Assembly (NCBI GenBank): GCA_963719315.1
Contig: CAVRBU010000002.1
Location: 992,001-1,056,000, forward strand
Source: an uncultured Planctomycetota bacterium
GTDB taxonomy: Bacteria; Planctomycetota; Planctomycetia; Pirellulales; Lacipirellulaceae
DNA: 64,000 bases
Reading direction: 5' to 3'
Made by a program: the position numbers and the translations under genes. Positions 42,847 to 52,875 of the stretch are shown here, piece after piece. The notes beneath the pieces are model-generated. The model searched no databases. It was not told where the DNA came from and was given only the letters and a program-made list of their open reading frames with translations. Position 1 is the first letter of the stretch; the number at the start of each line of letters is the position of its first letter.

Positions 42847-44028
42847 ATGAGCGGAAACGGGAATGGCTGGGCCAGCGTGCCCTTGGGCGAACTCTGTCGC
42901 CTAATCAACGGAAAGGCCTTCAAGCCCAGCGACTGGACCGACACGGGTTTGCCGATCATTCGGATTCAGAACCTCAACGATTCGACGAAGCTATTCAACT
43001 ACTGGGCCGGTTCGCTTGACCGCCAAGTGATGGTCAAAAGCGGTGATGTTCTACTCGGTTGGTCCGGGACGCCTGGAACTTCATTTGGTGCCCACATTTG
43101 GAGCCGTGACACAGGCGTTTTGAACCAGCACATATTCCGCGTCGAATTGGATGAAACGCGAATCGCTAAGGAATGGGCTGTACCTGCGATCAATCACCAA
43201 TTGGAGGAGTTGATCGGTAAGGCGCACGGCGGTGTGGGCCTTCGCCATGTTAAGAAGGCGGAAGTCGAGGCGCTGCGAATTCCTCTTCCGCCGCTGGCGG
43301 AGCAGAAGCGGATTGCGGGGATTTTGAAGGAGCAGTTGGCGGCGGTCGAGCGGGCGCGGGCGGCCGCCGAAGCCCAACTCCAAGCCGCAAAAGCCCTCCC
43401 CGCCGCGCATCTACGAGAACTGTTTGAAAGCAATGAATCACGAAACTGGAAGCGGTGCGTCCTAGGCGATTTGATCGAACGGCACAACGAGATCATTCAC
43501 CCCGGCGATCGTGCGGCCGGTAAAGCCACATTTGTTGGACTTGAACACATTGAACCAGATACCGGCCGGCGTATTGGGTCGCTAACGATCGATTTGGCGA
43601 AACTCACTGGCCGCAAACCGACGTTTACTAAGGGACAAATAGTGTACGGCTACTTGCGTCCGTACTTAAATAAGGTCTGGATAGCCGAATTCGAAGGTTG
43701 TTCCTCAGTAGACCAGTTTGCGTTCGAAGTTCGTCACGACGTTGCCGACACGAACTTTATCGCAGCTTTTATGCGAAGCGATACATTTCTTCGCAGGTCG
43801 GCAGTGGTGACTACGACGGGGCAGCTACCACGTATCAGCATCGACGAAATCCTTGCCGTTATCATCGACATTCCACCGACGGTTGAAGAGCAGTCTCGAA
43901 TAGGCACGGAAATAAGAAAACGTCTCGAAAACACGTATCGAGTGGCCGCTAGTTGCGGAGACGAACTTAACCTTATTGAATCGATGCCTGCCGCACTGCT
44001 TCGCGCCGCCTTCCAAGGCCAACTTTGA
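42847..44028 (+). CDS. hsdS: Type I R-M specificity subunit
   Basis: Two TRDs; IPLPPLAEQKRIA and IPPTVEEQSRI; LLRAAFQGQL. Confidence 0.95.
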   Translation: MSGNGNGWASVPLGELCRLINGKAFKPSDWTDTGLPIIRIQNLNDSTKLFNYWAGSLDRQVMVKSGDVLLGWSGTPGTSFGAHIWSRDTGVLNQHIFRVELDETRIAKEWAVPAINHQLEELIGKAHGGVGLRHVKKAEVEALRIPLPPLAEQKRIAGILKEQLAAVERARAAAEAQLQAAKALPAAHLRELFESNESRNWKRCVLGDLIERHNEIIHPGDRAAGKATFVGLEHIEPDTGRRIGSLTIDLAKLTGRKPTFTKGQIVYGYLRPYLNKVWIAEFEGCSSVDQFAFEVRHDVADTNFIAAFMRSDTFLRRSAVVTTTGQLPRISIDEILAVIIDIPPTVEEQSRIGTEIRKRLENTYRVAASCGDELNLIESMPAALLRAAFQGQL

Positions 44029-44035
44029 TCGGATC

Positions 44036-45838
44036 ATGATGGCGAAGAAGAGAACAACTACGACGGAGTCAGCGGACGGAAAGGCACCCTCAACCAGCCC
44101 TCTCCCAGCGGGAGAGGGTTCCAAGGCGAACGGCAATGGGAACGGTAAGAAGCACGGCTCGCAGCAGTCGGTTAACTCGGCCGTTAAAAGCATTTGCGAC
44201 ATCATGCGGCGCAGTAATTGCGCCGGCGCGATGCAGTATGTGCCCGAGCTGACCTGGATTCTGTTCCTGCGGATTCTCGACGAACGCGAAACGCACGAAG
44301 CCGAGGCGGCCGAGGCCGTGGGCGCGAACTTCACGCCGTCGCTCGAAGCGCCCTACCGCTGGCAGGATTGGGCCGCGCCCGAGAGCAAGCTGCGCGAAGA
44401 AATGCTCACGGCCGGCAAGGTGCTGCAATTCGTCAACACCGAGTTGCTGCCCCACTTGAAGGAACTGCGCCGCAAGCCCAGCGCGTCGCCACGCCAGAAG
44501 GTCATCAGCGAGATTCTCTCCGGCGTCGAGCGGGTGCGGATCGACACGCAAAAGAACCTGTGCGACGTGTGCGACAAGGTCCAGGGGCTATCGGCCGATA
44601 CGATCGACGATACGCACGTCTTCACGCTGTCGCAAGTGTACGAGGGGTTGCTCCTCAAGATGGGCGAGAAGGGGAACGACGGCGGCCAGTTCTTCACTCC
44701 CCGCGAGATTATCCGGGCTGTGGTCGCGGTGGTCGCCCCGCAGATCGGCCAGACGATCTACGACCCCGGCTGTGGCACGGGCGGGTTTCTGGCCCAGTCG
44801 TTCGAGTTCATGGCCGGCCGAAACAACGAAAAGATCAAATCCCCGGACCAGTTGGAACTGTTGCGGCACGAGACGTTCTATGGCCGCGAAAAAGAGGGGC
44901 TCATTTACCCGATCGCGCTGGCGAACCTGGTGCTGCACGGCATCGACCAACCGAACCTGTGGCACGGCAACACGCTCACGAATCAGGTGATGTATGACGG
45001 GCTGTACGCCACGGCGCCGCAGCAATTCGATGTGGTGATGACCAACCCGCCGTTTGGCGGCAAGGAAGGCAAGGAAGCCCAAACGCGGTTCCCGTTCAAG
45101 ACGGGCGCAACGCAGGTGCTGTTCCTGCAACACGTCCTTGACAGTCTCAAGACCGGCGGTAGTTGTGGCATCGTGCTCGATGAGGGCGTACTGTTTCGCA
45201 CCAACGAAACGGCGTTCGTGCAGACCAAACGCAAGTTGCTCGACGAGTGCAATCTGCACTGCATCGTCAGCTTGCCCGGAGGCGTTTTCACGGCGGCCGG
45301 CGCGGGCGTGAAGACGAACCTGCTGTTCTTCAACAAAGGCGAGCCGACCGAGCGGATTTGGTATTACGACCTGTCCGACGTGAAAGTCGGCAAGCGGCAG
45401 CCGTTCACGCTCGACAAGTTCGACGAGTTCTTCCGCCTGCTGCCGGAGCGGGCCGAGAGTGACCGAAGCTGGACGGTGGATTTCACGGCCCGCAAGCGGC
45501 AGGCCGCCGACGAAGCGGCGCCGTTCAAGAAACTGGCCGAAGCGAAACAGCAGGAAGCAAACCGCTGGCGCGAGGAACTGGCCGAGTTAAAGAAGGCCAA
45601 GGCCAAGGAGGAGGCCAAGATCGAAGCGGCCGAAGCGCGCGTCAAGGAACTGACGAAGGAATCCCGCGAAGCTGCCGGCCGGGCCGAGGCGATCGAAAAC
45701 GCCGTGTACGACCTGAAGGCCGTCAATCCGAACCGAGTGGCCGAGGAAGACACCCGCACGCCCGCCGAGCTGCTCGACATTATCGAGGCCAAGGGGCGCG
45801 AAGTGGCCGAAGTGCTGGCGGCACTGCGCAGCCTCTAA
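44036..45838 (+). CDS. hsdM: Type I R-M N6-adenine methyltransferase
   Basis: GQFFTPR, YDPGCGTGGFL, MTNPPFGG; coiled-coil stretch near C-terminus. Confidence 0.96.
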   Translation: MMAKKRTTTTESADGKAPSTSPLPAGEGSKANGNGNGKKHGSQQSVNSAVKSICDIMRRSNCAGAMQYVPELTWILFLRILDERETHEAEAAEAVGANFTPSLEAPYRWQDWAAPESKLREEMLTAGKVLQFVNTELLPHLKELRRKPSASPRQKVISEILSGVERVRIDTQKNLCDVCDKVQGLSADTIDDTHVFTLSQVYEGLLLKMGEKGNDGGQFFTPREIIRAVVAVVAPQIGQTIYDPGCGTGGFLAQSFEFMAGRNNEKIKSPDQLELLRHETFYGREKEGLIYPIALANLVLHGIDQPNLWHGNTLTNQVMYDGLYATAPQQFDVVMTNPPFGGKEGKEAQTRFPFKTGATQVLFLQHVLDSLKTGGSCGIVLDEGVLFRTNETAFVQTKRKLLDECNLHCIVSLPGGVFTAAGAGVKTNLLFFNKGEPTERIWYYDLSDVKVGKRQPFTLDKFDEFFRLLPERAESDRSWTVDFTARKRQAADEAAPFKKLAEAKQQEANRWREELAELKKAKAKEEAKIEAAEARVKELTKESREAAGRAEAIENAVYDLKAVNPNRVAEEDTRTPAELLDIIEAKGREVAEVLAALRSL

Positions 45839-45974
45839 ACTGATTTGTGCAGAGCGGATAAGATAAATCCTGTCCGCGACTATTTTGGACCATCTCCTAG
45901 CCGATCACCCTCGGCTATTGAAATTCGTCTCGCCTACCGCGACGGCAAATCTACAATTCAGTGGAGCCTAAATC

Positions 45975-46253
45975 ATGGCCGGCCGACCACGAACGATGGC
46001 GAAGCGAGTGGCGCAACTTTACGAGGCCTACCGTGCCATCGCGGAAGAGTTGGAGAAGCTGATGCCGCAGCAGTACCGCCGGCCAACTAACGATTCGCTC
46101 GGCCGGACCTGGCAACAAGCGGTTAATTCGCTCGCCCAAAGCGAAGACTACCTCTCCGACTTGGCATCCTTCCTGGAATTCAAGGCCGAGAGTGCCGAAG
46201 GGCGTGCCGCAGCGAGAGCTGCCGTCACAGCGGCCAACGCTGATACCGTGTAA
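45975..46253 (+). CDS. Hypothetical protein
   Basis: 92 aa, GGAG RBS, N-terminal GRPR, helical. Confidence 0.55.
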   Translation: MAGRPRTMAKRVAQLYEAYRAIAEELEKLMPQQYRRPTNDSLGRTWQQAVNSLAQSEDYLSDLASFLEFKAESAEGRAAARAAVTAANADTV

Positions 46254-46525
46254 AATCGCATGCCGATATCTCGAGGTATTGGCTGCATTCGCGCGCGTGC
46301 GCGCGAAGGAGAGCGGGATTTCTATGACATCGCCGGCCGATCCCATCGAAAACTAGCGGCGGACGATAGGCAAATTTTTGCTCGTCGCATCCACCAGGGG
46401 ATTTCGTTAAACTACCAGCTTCGGGTCGCGGTTCGCTACCGCACAGACCGGCCGGCTGATCGTGGTTTGTACCTACCTTCGCGCGGCGGCTGGCTGGTCG
46501 GACCTGGCAGGAAGGTAGCTTTCTC

Positions 46526-47447
46526 ATGGCAGTCACGACGACCGATGCCAAGCGCATTCTCACAACCGACTTGGCTCCATTGATTCGGCGCGTCCAGGAC
46601 GTTGCGCGACGGCGGCTCGATGACATCTGCAACCAGACCGCACGCGAAAAATTTGCGGCAGAGCGTGCAGAAAAGTACCTTCAAGCGATCGAATCCGACA
46701 AGCCGCGCCATCGCCCGGTCCGCCACCAGGAGTGGAGGGACGAGGAACTATGGTTCTGGTGGGACGAACCGTGCTGGGCCGAGCTGATTCAGGCGCTTCG
46801 CAGTTATTCGCTGGAAGGCCAAGCGGTGGTGCTGGAGCAGCACCTGCGTCGCATATTGCCAGATCCGCAAGCGGTGGTGCGTCCGACGATCCTTGAGTTG
46901 CACGAAACGGAACGCCTGGTCCTGCGCGAGATCGTGCGCCTAGCTGAACAATGGCTTGCGGAAACCGCGGAAGATCGAGGCGACGAGCCAGCCGACAACT
47001 TCATTGAGCGGCTAAGCGCTGGCCCGAACGATGTGGAATTGACGCCACGTGAATACGCCCTGTTGGAAGCGCATTTGAAGCAACCGGTTTCGTTAGCCCA
47101 AATGCAGCGCGAAGCACAAGCGGGCACAAAGGAAACGACGCCCGCTCGCAACAAGCTGAAACTGATTCGCGACTTCAACCGAAACTTGCACCGGGCGATG
47201 GCTGAGAGCGGCAGCGCAACGGGCAATTCTGATTCTTCGCCGGCAAACGTCAAATCCAAGCGACGAGGCCGGCCCAAGGCAGATTGCGATACCGAAAAGC
47301 GCGAAGCCGAGCTTGCGGCTGACTGGGAACGGGCTGCGCGATGCTGGTGTCTATAAGCCCAATTTCGCCAGGGATCATGGAATGACGGCAGCCGAGTTTG
47401 ACAAGCTCTTGAACCGCGTGGCGTGGCACAAACGCGCTTCCGAGTAA
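46526..47447 (+). CDS. Hypothetical putative DNA-binding regulator, frameshift near 47340
   Basis: KRRGRPK followed (after frame change) by DAGVYKPNFARDHGMTAAEFDKLLNRV, HTH-like. Confidence 0.55.
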
Positions 47448-47556
47448 TTCATTCCGAGTTCGGCGCTATTTACTCGGAGAGAAAAACTTCTGGCCGCTTT
47501 CTGCGGCAACCCGGCGCTTTTGACCGCGAATCGTTCCGAGTAATTGCTCCGAGTAA
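47438..47556. promoter_or_regulatory. Cluster of TCCGAGT(A/T) boxes
   Basis: Direct copies at 47439, 47453, 47535, 47548; inverted copy 47470-47478. Confidence 0.6.
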
Positions 47557-47656
47557 ATCGGTTCGTCGGAACGTCGCGGATATTTATTAATAGGCGAGCC
47601 GCTTTGCACTATCAGGCGATGGTGAGCGGCGAGCCGTCGAGATTAAGGATTGAACA

Positions 47657-47869
47657 ATGCAAGATCAAGCGACGAAGCCCGCGCTGCTGGTGGACGCCCG
47701 CGACGCGGCGCGAATGTTGGCTGTGTCGCCCCGCAAATTGTGGGCGATGACTTTCGAAGAAACTCCGGGGCTGCCGTATGTCCGTTGTGGTCGGCTGGTC
47801 CGCTACTCGCTCGACGACCTGCGCCGTTGGGTTGACGCGCAGCGGAAAGGGGGCTGTGATGAGCGGTAA
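47657..47869 (+). CDS. Excisionase/AlpA-like HTH protein
   Basis: LVDARDAARMLAVSPRKLW...LPYVRCGRLVRYSLDDLRRW. Confidence 0.85.
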   Translation: MQDQATKPALLVDARDAARMLAVSPRKLWAMTFEETPGLPYVRCGRLVRYSLDDLRRWVDAQRKGGCDER

Positions 47870-50393
47870 GTCCCAAACTCCGAGACTGTCGGCCGACGAG
47901 GTGAAGGTAGCGGCCGCCGGACGGTGGCCCGACATTCTTGCGGCAGTTGCCGGCATCCCCGCCGAGTTGCTGGACCGCAAAGGACATCCTTGTCCGAAAT
48001 GCGGCGGCACCGACCGCTTCTCCCTCATCGATGAAGCGGCCGGCGCCGTTCTGTGCCGTAAATGCTTCGCCAAGGACAACGGCGATGGACTGGCCGCGGT
48101 CGGCTGGATGCACGATTGTGATTTCCCCAAAGCCCTTAAAATGGTCGCCGGCCACCTCGGGCTGACTTCACAAGGCGCCACGCCTGCTGCCACGCCATTA
48201 CCGCGCTCCCAAAATCCCCAGAATTCATCCTCGCCCTTCTCTGAGGGGAATATCGGGAATAATGGGAGCGCTAAACCACGCATCGTCGCTGAGTATGACT
48301 ACCGTGACGAAGCCGGCAACGTGCTGTTCCAATCGGTGCGGTTGGAACCGGGGCCGAAGGGAAAGAAGAAGTCGTTCTTCCAGCGTCGGCCCGGTCCAAA
48401 CGGCGACTGGATCAATGACCTCAAGGGAGTGCGTGTCGTACCGTACCGCCTTCCCGAACTCTTGGCAGAACCGACGCGGCCCGTATTCGTGGTCGAAGGC
48501 GAGAAAGACGTTGAGAGTTTAGCCCGCATCGGTGTACTCGCAACGACCAACGCCGGTGGTGCCGGTAATTGGACGGCCCAACACGCAGAATTCCTCAAAG
48601 GAAGGCGCGTCATTATCTTGCCGGATAACGATGAGACGGGTGTCAACCATTCACAGCAAGTTGCACAGAGTTTGCATGGTATCGCACAATCCGTGCGTGT
48701 TGTTGTGCTGCCGAACTTGCCCGAGAAGGGCGACGTGAGCGATTGGCTCGCGGCTGGCGGCACGAAGGAAGAGCTGAAGCGATTGGCGCAAGCCGCGCCA
48801 GTATGGAAACCGGTGGAAGCCGGACAACCGTGGCCGGAGATAATGTCATTCGACACGCTCGACCTGCCAGATTTTCCGACTCACGTCCTGCCGCCTGTTC
48901 TTCGTGATTGGGTTGAAGCGGAGTCGCACGCCACGCAAACGCCGGCTGACCTTGCGGCCCTACTGGCCCTTGCAGTTTGTTCGTCGATGATCGCACGGCT
49001 TGTGGTGGTCGTGCCGCGTCCGGGTTGGCACGAACCAACAAACCTGTACGTGGCCGTGTTGCTCGATCCAGGCAACCGCAAATCAGCTGTTTTCGCCGAT
49101 GCGACACGACCGCTTCGCGAACTCGAAGAAGAACTGATTGAAGACGCTCGGCCCGAAATCGCGCGTGCCCAGTCACGGCGACGAATGCGTGAACGGGAAG
49201 GAAAGAAACTGGAAGAAAAGGCGGCGACCAAGGGCGATTCCACCGCAGCACAGCAAGCCCAAGAAATCGCCGCCGAGTTGGCGGAGCAACCAGAACCAGC
49301 CCTACCCCGTCGGATCGTCGATGACGCAACGAGCGAGAAGCTCGGCATGACGCTCGCCGAACAAGGCGGGCGCATCGCAAGCATGTCGCCCGAAGGCGGT
49401 GTGTTTGACCTGATGGCTGGCCTCTATTCAAAGAGCGGCATCCCACAGTTTGGCGTGTACCTGATGGGGCATTCTGGCGACGACCTGATCACCGACCGGG
49501 TAAGCCGCAAAAGCGTGCGTGTCGAGCGGCCGGCTCTAACCTGCGCCTACGCAATGCAGCCGCAGGTCATCAAGGGACTGGCCGAGAACGCAGCCTTTCG
49601 TGGCCGCGGCCTACTCGCTCGCTTCCTGTACGCCGCCCCGACGAGTTGGATTGGACAGCGTGAAATTGCTCCGACCCCCGTACCGGCCGCGCTCCATGAA
49701 GCATATCGCCAATTGATTCGGGAACTGGCGGAAGTCGCTGAGGAGTATGTTCTCACACTATCGGCCGACGCAGCAGCGGTATTGCGCGAATTCGAAGCCG
49801 AGATCGAAACGATGTTGGACGACGGCGGCGACATGGAGATCATGCGCGATTGGGGCGCAAAGCTGGCCGGCGCGACAGTGCGGCTGGCGGCCGTCCTCCA
49901 CTGCGTCGATTACGGTCCGACGGGATGCATCGAAGTGGCAACGATCAGGGCGGCCATCGAGATTGCCGGGTATCTTGTCCCGCACGCCGAGGCTGTACTC
50001 GACCTAATGCAAGCCAAAGAGGACTCGACCAACGACGACGCCCAGTACGTGCTGCGGTGGATCATACGCCATCGGCGACAGCAATTCACCAAGAGTGAAG
50101 CCCAGCACCACGGCAAACGTCGGTTCCCAAAGGTGGACGCGATCGACAAGCCTCTGGCCGAGCTGGTAAAGCGAGCGTACATCCGTCAGAAGCCGCCAGT
50201 ACCGGCTGGCCCAGGCCGCCCACCGTCGCCGGCCTACGAGGTGAATCCCGCCGTATTCGCCGATACGAAACCGAAAAAGCGCTCCCAGAATTCCCACAAT
50301 TCGGACGACGAACCGAAAAATGGCAATTCTGGGAATATCGGGAGCGCTTTGGAGCAATCCGAAACCGCAAATCGCGTGCAGGTGACAATATGA
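47859..50393 (+). CDS. Primase-helicase: P4-alpha-type Zn finger, Toprim, DUF3987/YfjI-like
   Basis: HPCPKCGGTDRF..C..C; VVEGEKDV; LPDND; PTNLY..PGNRKS; GLLARFL. Confidence 0.9.
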   Translation: MSGKSQTPRLSADEVKVAAAGRWPDILAAVAGIPAELLDRKGHPCPKCGGTDRFSLIDEAAGAVLCRKCFAKDNGDGLAAVGWMHDCDFPKALKMVAGHLGLTSQGATPAATPLPRSQNPQNSSSPFSEGNIGNNGSAKPRIVAEYDYRDEAGNVLFQSVRLEPGPKGKKKSFFQRRPGPNGDWINDLKGVRVVPYRLPELLAEPTRPVFVVEGEKDVESLARIGVLATTNAGGAGNWTAQHAEFLKGRRVIILPDNDETGVNHSQQVAQSLHGIAQSVRVVVLPNLPEKGDVSDWLAAGGTKEELKRLAQAAPVWKPVEAGQPWPEIMSFDTLDLPDFPTHVLPPVLRDWVEAESHATQTPADLAALLALAVCSSMIARLVVVVPRPGWHEPTNLYVAVLLDPGNRKSAVFADATRPLRELEEELIEDARPEIARAQSRRRMREREGKKLEEKAATKGDSTAAQQAQEIAAELAEQPEPALPRRIVDDATSEKLGMTLAEQGGRIASMSPEGGVFDLMAGLYSKSGIPQFGVYLMGHSGDDLITDRVSRKSVRVERPALTCAYAMQPQVIKGLAENAAFRGRGLLARFLYAAPTSWIGQREIAPTPVPAALHEAYRQLIRELAEVAEEYVLTLSADAAAVLREFEAEIETMLDDGGDMEIMRDWGAKLAGATVRLAAVLHCVDYGPTGCIEVATIRAAIEIAGYLVPHAEAVLDLMQAKEDSTNDDAQYVLRWIIRHRRQQFTKSEAQHHGKRRFPKVDAIDKPLAELVKRAYIRQKPPVPAGPGRPPSPAYEVNPAVFADTKPKKRSQNSHNSDDEPKNGNSGNIGSALEQSETANRVQVTI

Positions 50394-50782
50394 CCGGCAT
50401 CCCTTCGGTACTTGCCGAACTACTGGCAGATTGCGACGCCCACGGCATCCGGCTGTTGCTGGCAGATGACGGCGGGTTGACCATCGACGCCCCGCAAGAC
50501 GCCCTGACGGCCGACCTTTTGGACCGGCTGAAAGCTCATAAGGCCGAACTGCTGACGCGGTTGCAATCAACGGCAGACGCCGACAACGAAGGTGCCGTCG
50601 ATTCCGAGACGACCCCGCTCATCGACTCAAAGGCCACCACGAAGGCCATTTGTCGATGCGGTGCAACAACCTGGCGGGACGTGCCGATTCACGGTGGGCA
50701 GTCCGTCCGGCGAGATTGCGGCCGATGCAGGCGGTTCATTAACTTCCCGGTTTGGTATGGGGCTTTACAAAATGAACAGTAA
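50390..50782 (+). CDS. Hypothetical protein (TubC-N-like helical domain plus CxC...CxxC)
   Basis: GIRL....GGL..DAP...LT..LL..LK.HK.ELL; ATGA overlap with primase. Confidence 0.65.
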   Translation: MTGIPSVLAELLADCDAHGIRLLLADDGGLTIDAPQDALTADLLDRLKAHKAELLTRLQSTADADNEGAVDSETTPLIDSKATTKAICRCGATTWRDVPIHGGQSVRRDCGRCRRFINFPVWYGALQNEQ

Positions 50783-50798
50783 CGGATAGAATGCCGGC

Positions 50799-51026
50799 AT
50801 GGCCAAGAAACAAACCAAACTTGTAAGCGACCAAATACGTCAGGCTATCGACGATTCCGGCCTGACGCGCTACCGTATCGCCCAAGAAACCGGAATCAGC
50901 GAAACCGCGCTGGCGTTGTTCTACAACGGTCATCGCGGGCTGTCGATGAAAGCGCTCGAACGCGCTAGGCGAATTCCTTGAATTGAAAGTAACCTTGGGC
51001 GCAAGCCCGAAAAGAAAGGCAAGTAA
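50799..51026 (+). CDS. XRE-family HTH regulator (two compensating single-base indels)
   Basis: IRQAIDDSGLTRYRIAQETGISETALALF.NG.RGLS; in-frame TAA at 51024 just before int ATG. Confidence 0.75.
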
Positions 51027-51029
51027 GCA

Positions 51030-52566
51030 ATGGCCAGTATCATCAATCGCCCGGACGGGCACCGTTGGATTCAATTCGTCGATGCCGACGGCAAACGCCA
51101 AACAGTTCGGCTTGGTAAGGCGTCCGCCAAGGCGGCGGCCACGGTTTGCACGCGGGTTGAGGAACTGTTGGCCGTGAAAATGGCCGGCGACACGATGGAA
51201 CGCGACTTGGCCGGTTGGCTGGCGAAGATCGACACCACGCTACAAAACAAGCTGGCAGCCGTCGGTTTGTGCCATGCTCGCGAATCGGCGTTGTTGCAAC
51301 CGTTCGTCAAGGGCTACATCGAAGGCCGTACCGACGTGAAACCAGCCACGAAGGAAATATGGCGGCAAGGCGAATCGGGGCTGGTTGAATTCTTTGGAGC
51401 CGACAAGCCGTTGCGCGAACATAACTCCCGGCGACGCCGACCGCTACAAGCTGCATTTGATCGGCAAGAAACTGGCCCCGATGACCGTTCGCAAGCGGCT
51501 GCAATTTGCCACGATGATATTCCGCGCCGCGCTGCGCCGGCGGCTGATTGCAGAAAGTCCGTTTGCCGATGTTTCCATCAAGGCATCCATGCCGAACCGC
51601 GAACGCTTTATCACGGCCGACGAAACCGCAAAGCTGCTGGACGCTTGCCCCAACCATCATTGGAAAGCAATCGTCGCCCTGGCCCGCTACGGCGGCCTAC
51701 GCTGCCCTAGCGAAGTGCTTTCGTTACGCTGGCAAGATATTGATTGGGATGCCGGACGCATCGTAGTGCAGTCTCCGAAGACGGAACACCACCCGGGCAA
51801 AGCAAGCCGCGTAATTCCGCTATTCCCCGAACTGCGGCCGATACTGGCCGACGCTTTCGACCTGGCCCCGGAGGGCGCGGTATACGTCGTCGATGAACGG
51901 ATGCGGGCAAGTGCCCAAGGCAAGGCCGGCTGGCGGAATTGCAACCTGCGCACGACATTCGAGAAGATCGTCAAACGCGCTAGCCTGACGCCATGGCCTC
52001 GGCTGTTTCACAACTTGCGGAGTTCACGGCAAACGGAACTGGCCGAACGATTCCCGTCGCACGTTGTTTGCGACTGGCTGGGCAACAGTGAAGACATTGC
52101 CCGCAAGCACTACTTCCAAACGACTGACGATCATTTCGCCCGTGCCGTAAACGACGAAACCGAGGCGAAGCAGAATCCGAAGCAGTCGGCGGCCGCTTCG
52201 ACTCGCGGGGACTCGCAACCGCAAAGCCCGGTCGAAATAAATGCCGGGGAAAGCGAGTCACCGCGATACTGTGCGCAACGTAAAGCGGTTGGGGAGGGAT
52301 TCGAACCCCCGGTACCTTTCGGTACGCCGGTTTTCAAGACCGGTGCCTTAAACCACTCGGCCACCCAACCTGTTGCCGCTTCCGCGGCGGACTCGTCTAC
52401 GAGTGTTCGCTTGACTCTACGGACACGGATGGAAAGTGTCAATCGAGCAGCGGCTTTAACTGTTTTCGGCCGGCCAATTTACGTCGCGTTGACGCTCTTT
52501 GTTGTCCATGTTACAAAGGAGCGTTCCCTAATCAAACGGGTTCAGCTGGTGTTGCCTGAACCTTAA
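51030..52566 (+). CDS. int: Tyrosine integrase (+1 frameshift near 51420); ORF runs through att and antisense to tRNA
   Basis: GGLRCPSE, PKTEH, FHNLRSS, WLGN, KHY catalytic motifs. Confidence 0.93.
52286..52370 (-). tRNA. tRNA-Ser(TGA)
   Basis: GGTTGGG acceptor stem, CT-TGA-AA loop, long variable arm, GTTCGAATC T-loop, G discriminator; no encoded CCA. Confidence 0.97.
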
Positions 52567-52590
52567 ACTATTAACCCAGTAACCTGTCCC

Positions 52591-52782
52591 ATGACCATCT
52601 GCGAACGTAAGAAAGAAATCAAGCGGCGTCGCAAGCGGCGCGAGAAACTCACGAAGCTGAAGAAGCGGCTGCCGAAGGCGACCAAGAGCGAGCAGGTTGA
52701 AATTGCCCGCAAGGTTCGCGATATCACGCCGGGGGCCGAGGTGATCATCGCGAATTGGAGTCTGGGGGCGGTGGATCGGTAA
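52591..52782 (+). CDS. Small basic planctomycete protein (DUF6800-like)
   Basis: ERKKEIKRRRKRREKLTKL...IARKVRDITPGA. Confidence 0.7.
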   Translation: MTICERKKEIKRRRKRREKLTKLKKRLPKATKSEQVEIARKVRDITPGAEVIIANWSLGAVDR

Positions 52783-52791
52783 CTGCGGAAA

Positions 52792-52875
52792 AATGACCAA
52801 TGACCAAGCACCAATGACCTAGGCCTGCAATTGCTCCCGCCATTGGTCATTGGGATTTGGTCATTCGAATTTGGT
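52792..52875. repeat. Inverted heptamer array (AATGACC/GGTCATT)
   Basis: aatgaccaatgaccaagcaccaatgacc ... ttggtcattgggatttggtcatt. Confidence 0.65.

Larger units (their letters stand above)
10854..52306. mobile_element. tRNA-Ser-integrated genomic island with satellite/PICI-like backbone
   Basis: 23-bp direct repeats, tyrosine integrase next to tRNA, primase/HTH module, R-M and IS cargo. Confidence 0.9.

Noticed and set aside
45975..52306. Complete prophage
   Set aside because: No capsid, portal, terminase, tail or lysis genes recognisable
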